Made by a program: the position numbers and the translations under genes. A stretch of 32,000 nucleotides of DNA from Geotalea uraniireducens Rf4 (lineage in GTDB: Bacteria > Desulfobacterota > Desulfuromonadia > Geobacterales > Geobacteraceae), in NCBI RefSeq assembly GCF_000016745.1, contig NC_009483.1, positions 1,170,001 to 1,202,000 on the forward strand. Reading direction: 5' to 3'. Each line of letters starts with the position of its first letter. Position 1 is the stretch's first letter. The notes below the pieces were generated by a model. That model saw only the letters and a list, made by a program, of their open reading frames with translations, did not search any database and was not told the DNA's origin. Below, in pieces: positions 25,335-30,879 of this stretch.

Positions 25335-26456
25335 ATGGCCGGTAACGTGGCGGCAATTGTGCTCGCAGCAGGGTTTTCCTCACGGATGGGAGAGTTCAAA
25401 CCGCTCCTCCCGCTCGGCGAAGCCATGGTCCTGGAACGGGTCGTTACCCTTTTTCAAGGAGCCGGAATAGGGGATGTGCGGGTCGTTGTCGGTCACCGGG
25501 CGGTGGAACTGGAACCCATCGTGTCACGGCTCGGCGCACGCGTTATTGCCAATCCCCATTACCGGGACGGCATGTTTACCTCCGTGGCGGCAGGCGTGGC
25601 GACGGTCGGGGAGGAGGTGGACGCCTTCTTCGTGCTCCCTATGGACGTGCCGCTGGTGAGGGGGGCAACCATCCGGCGTCTCCTTGACGCGTACCGGCAG
25701 GAGCCGTGCGACGTCATCTATCCCCGATTCCTGAGTCAGCGGGGACATCCGCCGCTCATCGCCGGCAGGCGCGCCCCGGAGATTGCCGGCTGGCAGGATA
25801 CGGGCGGACTCAGGGCGGTCCTGGCGCAGTGGGACCCCGGTGCCCGGGATGTGGACGTGGCGGATGAGCTCATCCTCTGGGACATGGACACGCCCGACGA
25901 TTATCTGCTCCTGCAGAGAAAGGCCGATCGGCTGGAGATCCCGACCGAAGAGGAATGCCTGGTGCTCCTGGAAAGGGTGTTGCGCGTCGACGACCGGATC
26001 ATCCGCCATGGCAAGGCAGTGGCGGACGTGGCCGTGCTGCTGGGGACGGCGCTGAATCGGGCAGGCTGCGGCCTGGATATTTCCCTCCTGACAGCGGCCG
26101 GCCTGCTGCACGACCTTGCCAGGAGGGAACCGGACCATGCGCGGATCGGGGCACGCCTTCTGCGAGACATGGGGTATGGTGCGGTGGCCGAACTGGTCGC
26201 CGTCCACATGGATATGTCCGTAACCGAAGGGGAACCGGTCGCTGCCGGAGAGGTGATCCATCTGGCGGACAAACTGGTCCAGGGGGAGCGGCGTGTCTCT
26301 GTGACGGAACGATTCCGCGCCGCGGTGGAACGCCATGCCCACGATCCCGCAATCCTCGGCAGGGTTGCAACCCGGCTGAAAACCGCCATGACCATCCAAC
26401 AGCGCCTGGAAGCCATACTGGGGCGTTCACTGACGGAGATAACGGATACCTTATGA
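25335..26456 (+). CDS. MobA/MocA-like molybdenum-cofactor nucleotidyltransferase fused to a C-terminal HD domain
   Basis: Starts directly after the xdhC stop. AAIVLAAGFSSRMGEFKPLLPLG...FFVLPMDVPLV (MobA-like NTP transferase). C-terminal half has RHGKAVA...AAGLLHDLAR...VHMD (HD phosphohydrolase-type). Confidence 0.8.
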   Translation: MAGNVAAIVLAAGFSSRMGEFKPLLPLGEAMVLERVVTLFQGAGIGDVRVVVGHRAVELEPIVSRLGARVIANPHYRDGMFTSVAAGVATVGEEVDAFFVLPMDVPLVRGATIRRLLDAYRQEPCDVIYPRFLSQRGHPPLIAGRRAPEIAGWQDTGGLRAVLAQWDPGARDVDVADELILWDMDTPDDYLLLQRKADRLEIPTEEECLVLLERVLRVDDRIIRHGKAVADVAVLLGTALNRAGCGLDISLLTAAGLLHDLARREPDHARIGARLLRDMGYGAVAELVAVHMDMSVTEGEPVAAGEVIHLADKLVQGERRVSVTERFRAAVERHAHDPAILGRVATRLKTAMTIQQRLEAILGRSLTEITDTL

Positions 26457-27178
26457 ACAATAACCGGGACAACTCTCGCACTAACACCATCTATCTCCTG
26501 CGGCACGGTGATCTCCGGCAGGATGGGGTCAAGCGCTACATCGGCCAGGCGGACCTTCCGCTCAACGCATCCGGCCGGGCCCAGGCATTGAACTGGCAGC
26601 AGGAACTGGCCCATATTCCCCTGCGCCGCATCTTCTGCAGCGACCTCAGCCGCTCCTATGAAACTGCCTGCCTCATAGCGGAGGGGAGAAGCGAATCGGT
26701 CCAGCCGTTCCCCAAGTTGAGGGAAATCAACCTGGGGGCGTGGGACGGCCAGTCGGTAGATGACGTGCGCCGGTTCTATCCGGGCGAATACGAGAAACGC
26801 GGCGCCGATATGGTTTACTATCGTCCCCCTGCAGGAGAATGTTTTGCCGACGTGGCGGCTCGGGTTATACCGCTGTTCGAGGAGATAGTGCGCAGCGCAT
26901 CCGGCAATATGCTGATTGTCGGTCATTCAGGTGTGAACAAGGTCATCCTCTGTCATATCCTTGGTATGCCATTGGAGAATCTCTTTCGCATGCGGCAGGA
27001 GTATGGCTGCCTGAATGTCATTGAATGCGGCATGGGTTCCGTGCAGCTGTGCGGAATGAATATCCTGCCGGTTAAAGGGCGCTTTCGGATGGAAATGGAA
27101 CAAGCCGTTGTCAAACCCCAATGCGGCCCCTTTCAACTGCCGGTTTCAGGATTAAAAAACCCGCTGAATCTTTCATGA
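26453..27178 (+). CDS. Histidine phosphatase family protein (CobC/PGAM-like)
   Basis: ATGA overlap with the upstream stop. IYLLRHGD (RHG motif), SDLSRSYETA, MLIVGHSGVNKVIL (second catalytic His). The track ORF from 25955 is an out-of-gene 5' extension in the same frame. Confidence 0.8.
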   Translation: MNNNRDNSRTNTIYLLRHGDLRQDGVKRYIGQADLPLNASGRAQALNWQQELAHIPLRRIFCSDLSRSYETACLIAEGRSESVQPFPKLREINLGAWDGQSVDDVRRFYPGEYEKRGADMVYYRPPAGECFADVAARVIPLFEEIVRSASGNMLIVGHSGVNKVILCHILGMPLENLFRMRQEYGCLNVIECGMGSVQLCGMNILPVKGRFRMEMEQAVVKPQCGPFQLPVSGLKNPLNLS

Positions 27179-27193
27179 AGATTAGCGGGTTTT
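27156..27193. terminator. Bidirectional terminator at the convergence of the mop gene string and the minus-strand island
   Basis: 16 bp of pairing, aaaacccgct(g)aatctt / aagattagcgggtttt, with loop TCATG. TTTT on plus; TTTTTTAAT on minus. Overlaps the stop at 27176-27178. Confidence 0.8.
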
Positions 27194-27200
27194 GGACTCA

Positions 27201-27452
27201 TTAGGCAGCGGGCTTCAATTCCTCGCGAATCACCTGCCGCAAAATATCCGCCAGCGATTTGTCCTGGTGAATGTATTCCTTCAGAACCTGGTTGATCATG
27301 GTCTGGTAGTTGCCGCCCCCCTGCTTGTCGGCCTTTGCCCTGAACCAGTCGAGAACTTCGTTGTCCAGACGGATGGTTATGCGGGACTTGCCCGGTTCGG
27401 GCTGAACCACGGCACCACGCTTCCCCTTGCCGAAATCATATTCCTTCTTCAT
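27201..27452 (-). CDS. brnA: BrnA-family antitoxin (RHH/CopG-like)
   Basis: 83 aa. SRITIRLDNEVLDWFRAKADKQGGGYQTMINQVLKEYI-type signature (here GGGNYQTMINQVLKEYI). Overlaps the 3' end of the brnT-like gene by 17 nt. Confidence 0.8.
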   Translation of the reverse strand: MKKEYDFGKGKRGAVVQPEPGKSRITIRLDNEVLDWFRAKADKQGGGNYQTMINQVLKEYIHQDKSLADILRQVIREELKPAA

Positions 27453-27711
27453 AGGTCTGCCTCTCTTTCTTCGTGGCCTTCCGGGCCGAGATGATTCTTA
27501 TGACATCCGCGACACGGCTTGCATGAATGACAACGAGTATTTTCAGCGTAAAGTCCATGCCGATGGTGATGAAACGACATTCACCTTCGGCATCTTGGTC
27601 TTCGACGGTTATGGCCAGTTCGTCTTCGAATACGCCAACGGCATCGGCAAAATCCACGCCGTGCTTTTTACGATTCAATGCTGCCTTGTCCGGGTCCCAT
27701 TCGAATTTCAT
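27436..27711 (-). CDS. brnT: BrnT-family toxin (DUF497 ribonuclease)
   Basis: MKFEWDPDKAALNRKKHGVDFADAVGVFED...IISARKATKKE is the DUF497/BrnT signature. ATG 27711 preferred over the track GTG 27726, which abuts a promoter-like element. Confidence 0.8.
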   Translation of the reverse strand: MKFEWDPDKAALNRKKHGVDFADAVGVFEDELAITVEDQDAEGECRFITIGMDFTLKILVVIHASRVADVIRIISARKATKKERQTYEEGI

Positions 27712-27717
27712 GATTTC

Positions 27718-27745
27718 ATTGTGCACACTGTATGTACATTGTCAA
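27718..27745 (-). promoter_or_regulatory. Candidate promoter for brnTA (would give a leaderless or near-leaderless mRNA)
   Basis: Minus strand TTGACA (27745-27740), 16 nt, CACAAT (27723-27718), then 6 nt to ATG 27711. Confidence 0.35.
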
Positions 27746-27749
27746 GTAT

Positions 27750-27771
27750 AAAAAAGCAGCTGCCATGCTGC
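27750..27771 (-). terminator. Small terminator after the 118-aa gene
   Basis: Minus strand gcagc-atggca-gctgc followed by TTTTTT. Only a 5-bp stem. Confidence 0.4.
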
Positions 27772-27822
27772 AATAGAGAACGACCCCTTAATACTACCTT
27801 GGACGAACAAGGGTGAACGGAA

Positions 27823-28179
27823 TTAGTGTTTTGTGTCGGAAGCTTTCTTGCCATCCAGCGTGCGGACATCGTACGCGGCAGGCTGCATGGTAACGCCAAA
27901 GATCCTGCGCAGGTTGCTGTTGACGGTATCGATCAAGATATCGAATTCATCAAGGGTATTCACAGTGCCGCGCATCACTTTTTCTTTCAGTCCATTATCG
28001 CGCTGGACAAAGTGCGCCCACTCAATCGAACCGTCTACTTTTTTCTTCGCCAGAAGTTTGTATATGCCAACCTGCGGGATGTGCGGAGTGGCCCATCCAG
28101 CGAAGATCTCTTCGCCTTCCTCTAAGTTCATCACGGCCATTTGGGAGAGGTTGTTTTTGCGAAGGCGCTCAGGGCTCAT
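27823..28179 (-). CDS. Hypothetical 118-aa protein, translationally coupled to the DUF1016 nuclease gene
   Basis: ATG 28179 lies 10 nt after GGAG and overlaps the upstream stop (28169-28171) by 11 nt; ATG 28188 is an alternative. No motif recognised (…IFAGWATPHIPQVGIYKLLAKKKVDGSIEWAHFVQRDNG…). Confidence 0.5.
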   Translation of the reverse strand: MSPERLRKNNLSQMAVMNLEEGEEIFAGWATPHIPQVGIYKLLAKKKVDGSIEWAHFVQRDNGLKEKVMRGTVNTLDEFDILIDTVNSNLRRIFGVTMQPAAYDVRTLDGKKASDTKH

Positions 28180-29332
28180 CGTCACCATTCTCCACTTCGT
28201 TTTGCAGTTCCGCCTCGATCTGCTCAATGGTCGGCAGCGCCGATTTCAGGCTTTCCGGTAAGGCGCGGGTCAGTTCGTAGTCCGAGACACCGATCGGTTT
28301 GTTTATGTCACGCAGGGCATATTCGGCCAGTATCCGGTCCTTGGTCTGGCAGAGAATCAAGCCGATGGTGGGCTGATCGGTGTCGTGCTTCAGTTTGTCG
28401 TCCACCACGGAGCAGTAGAAGTTCATCTTCCCGGCATATTCCGGTTTGAAATCCCCCTTCTTCAGTTCAATCACCACAAAACATCTCAGCCTCAGGTGAT
28501 AAAACAGGAGGTCGATGTAAAAGTCCTTGTCGCTGACCTCCAGGTGATACTGACGTCCGACAAAGGCAAAACCCTGGCCGAGCTCCAGCAGAAATTTTTC
28601 CAGATGGCGGACAAGCCCGGTTTCCAGCTCCCGCTCGTGAAACGGCTCTTCCAGGGTAAGGAAGTCGAAGATGTATGGGTCCTTTAGCAGCTGCCGGGCC
28701 AGGTCGGATTGTGGGGAGGGCAAGCGCTGTCCGAAGTTGGTGACCGCCGCTCCCTGACGTTCGTGGGCATTGCTTTTGATCATTTCCCCGAGCATGTCGC
28801 GGCTCCAGCCGTGCTCGATGGTCTGCTGTATGTACCAAAGGCGGGTTGACAGGTTCTTCACCTTTTCCATAAGCAGGATGTTATGGCCCCATGGAATTTT
28901 TGCAACAAGCTGTTGCAAATTTGCAGAGAGATCATTGATCGGTAATTGTGCCACGGGATGTGGCCCTTTTCCCATCTCTATCATTTCAGCAATAATCTGC
29001 TGATCCATTGGGGATGATTTTAATTTTGCCACAGCCTGTGGCAAAATTGCAGCTTGGGCATATTCCCGATAAAGTGCGATCATCCGGCCGATGTTGCGTT
29101 TTGAGAAGCCTTTGACTTCTGGCATATCATTGCGGATGTCTTTCGCCAGACGCGGGATGACCGCTGTTCCCCAGCCTTCCATCTCCTGCTTTTCAGATAC
29201 CATGCGGCCAACATCCAAGTACATCAGGATCATTTCCGCATTGGCGGAGAGGGTGGCTTTTACCTGTGCCTGCCGGATGCGGGCCTTGATGTCGCCCAGC
29301 AGATCGGTGTAGAGAGTCAAATCAGTGGTCAA
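28169..29332 (-). CDS. DUF1016 / YhcG-family PD-(D/E)XK nuclease-like protein
   Basis: TTG start 7 nt after AGGAG. 387 aa. WGHNILLMEKV...WYIQQTIEHGWSRDML and the C-terminal nuclease core ...FAFVGRQYHLEV..DFYIDLLFYHLRLRCFVVIELKKGDFKPEYAGKMNFY (D...E-L-K) are typical of YhcG. Confidence 0.8.
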   Translation of the reverse strand: MTTDLTLYTDLLGDIKARIRQAQVKATLSANAEMILMYLDVGRMVSEKQEMEGWGTAVIPRLAKDIRNDMPEVKGFSKRNIGRMIALYREYAQAAILPQAVAKLKSSPMDQQIIAEMIEMGKGPHPVAQLPINDLSANLQQLVAKIPWGHNILLMEKVKNLSTRLWYIQQTIEHGWSRDMLGEMIKSNAHERQGAAVTNFGQRLPSPQSDLARQLLKDPYIFDFLTLEEPFHERELETGLVRHLEKFLLELGQGFAFVGRQYHLEVSDKDFYIDLLFYHLRLRCFVVIELKKGDFKPEYAGKMNFYCSVVDDKLKHDTDQPTIGLILCQTKDRILAEYALRDINKPIGVSDYELTRALPESLKSALPTIEQIEAELQNEVENGDDEP

Positions 29333-29403
29333 TGCTGTACTCCTAATTGCATTATTGGTTGCCTACCGAAACCAACCCCGACAATGGCCTTGTTGCAGCC
29401 GAG

Positions 29404-29460
29404 GAATAGTGAATAGTGAATTTCCTCATTCTCGATTTATTGACGTTCAATTCACTATTC
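29404..29460. promoter_or_regulatory. Operator-like inverted repeat upstream of the DUF1016 operon
   Basis: GAATAGTGAATAGTGAATT (29404-29422, overlapping tandem) faces AATTCACTATTC (29449-29460). The 26-nt spacer contains TTGACG. A further AATTCACTATT copy sits at 29698-29708. Confidence 0.35.
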
Positions 29461-29469
29461 TCCATTCTT

Positions 29470-29694
29470 AATCAGCGTTGTCCGGTTTGGTTTTTGCTTA
29501 CGTCCCGTAGGGACAGAATACTGGTAGCCGGGGAATTCATTCCCCGGTCATCCAGGCGAAATATCATCACGTCACGTACGTGACGTGGGGAAATATAGCA
29601 TCTCATCCGGGGGATGAATCCCCCGGCTACATTCGAACGCCCCTAATGGGGCTTAACAACCTTGATGCACAAACCAAACCGGACAACGCTGATT
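29470..29694. repeat. 225-bp nested palindromic element (MITE-like or structured RNA)
   Basis: 28-nt terminal inverted repeats at 29470-29497 and 29667-29694 (27/28). Symmetric inner hairpins at 29502-29514, 29525-29547, 29607-29629 and 29639-29652. Perfect 20-nt central palindrome cacgtcacgtacgtgacgtg (29568-29587). Confidence 0.8.
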
Positions 29695-29818
29695 CTTAAT
29701 TCACTATTTTGTCGGTCGTCGGCGATCTGCTCGTCAAGCAGAGGGAGCACGGATAGGATTTTTCGGGGGTATGGTCCACTAGATTACCACCTTTTTGTCA
29801 ATGTGTAGACGCGGCACT

Positions 29819-29891
29819 GTTAATATCCGCTGTTAATATCGCCACTGTTAATATCTTCGACACGGTTAATATCTTCGACACGGTTAATATC
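29819..29891. repeat. Five direct GTTAATATC repeats (iteron-like)
   Basis: Copies at 29819, 29832, 29847, 29865 and 29883 (start-to-start spacing 13, 15, 18, 18). The last two are an 18-bp tandem cgacacggttaatatctt / cgacacggttaatatctc. The last copy overlaps the stop codon of the JetD-like gene. Confidence 0.85.
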
Positions 29892-30879
29892 TCTTAAGCC
29901 TCCGGTACCCGGCCCACTCCTGGGAAACCCGGAGATGCTGCAAAAAAATCCCTGGCAACTCGTTCAGATCAGCCTTCCGTATCAAATCAGTGGCTCCAGG
30001 CGAAAGCACACCGCCTGTCTTCGACTCGGCAAATTTCCCACACTCAAGGATGAGGCGGTACAGACGAACCTCCAACTCCAGCTCTCTGCCGGCAGCCGAA
30101 AACTTTCGGGCACCCCGGGCGGCAATCTCCAAACCTTCGTGGTCAGCGTCGCCAAAATACAGAATCCGTGAATGCCCGAACTCTTCCATGATCGGCAAAA
30201 TCCCCTCAACAACCGAGGCAAAACCATTGCCGCGGCCATACACGACAAACCCCCATATACCGGCTTCACGGTTGAACCTCTTCACCACATCATAGGTTGT
30301 CGAGTTCTCAATACATACTCCGGGCAGCTTCTCACTTCCCAGAGGGCCTCGTTCCCAAGCGGCCGGCTCCGGCACATAGTAGCAAGACAGGGCGTCGAGG
30401 GTAATCAGACTGGACTTGAACGCCTGCGCGCCGATCAGGGCATCCAGCATCTTTTCGTCGCCGAAGATCTCCAGCGATCGCTCCCTGACAGGAACCGAGT
30501 CCCGGATAAAGTTTCGGGTTTCCTTGAGCCACTTGTCAATCTTCAGCCATGGAGAGTCGGCAAGCTCTTTCTTCGAAGAGAGAAAGCTAAGCTCAGGAGA
30601 CCAGATGACATGCTCGGCGTATTGTCTTACAACCTTGGTCCGCGGGCGATTGATCCATTTCGGCAAGTGGGGCAGCGCGCTACGATCCCAGCTGGTTGTC
30701 ATCCTGGGGAACTCGATGAACTCCGCATCTTTGATAGCATCAAGCATACTGCGCAACAAGGTCCTCTGTTCTCCTGGAGGAACAGTAGCCACTTCCGACA
30801 AAATCATCCATATCTTGTCCAACATTGTCTTGCCGTAGGGAAGGGCTTCCAGCAATCGGCCGGTCTCAGGACGTTGCAT
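29884..30879 (-). CDS. JetD-like (DUF2220-type) Toprim protein
   Basis: ATG 30879 lies 5 nt after GGGAGG and overlaps the end of the upstream ATPase gene. GVCIENSTTY (Toprim Glu, ~30307-30309) and RILYFGDADHEGLEIA (DxD, 30142-30150) match the JetD/topo-VI-A-like Toprim pattern. RERSLEIFGDEKMLDAL resembles the conserved JetD linker. 331 aa, somewhat short for JetD. Confidence 0.55.
   Translation of the reverse strand: MQRPETGRLLEALPYGKTMLDKIWMILSEVATVPPGEQRTLLRSMLDAIKDAEFIEFPRMTTSWDRSALPHLPKWINRPRTKVVRQYAEHVIWSPELSFLSSKKELADSPWLKIDKWLKETRNFIRDSVPVRERSLEIFGDEKMLDALIGAQAFKSSLITLDALSCYYVPEPAAWERGPLGSEKLPGVCIENSTTYDVVKRFNREAGIWGFVVYGRGNGFASVVEGILPIMEEFGHSRILYFGDADHEGLEIAARGARKFSAAGRELELEVRLYRLILECGKFAESKTGGVLSPGATDLIRKADLNELPGIFLQHLRVSQEWAGYRRLKRY

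Noticed and set aside
27040-27178. ~30-aa C-terminal extension of the histidine phosphatase reaching into the bidirectional terminator. Considered a fusion or truncation caused by island insertion.
   Set aside because: The reading frame is continuous and I cannot compare with orthologs. There is no direct repeat or scar to support an insertion-induced change.
29819-29891. Considered whether the GTTAATATC array, or the repeats at 12-21 kb, could be a CRISPR array.
   Set aside because: The repeats are only 9 bp with 4-9 bp spacers of irregular length. The 12-21 kb repeats are dispersed palindromes of different families. No cas genes are present.
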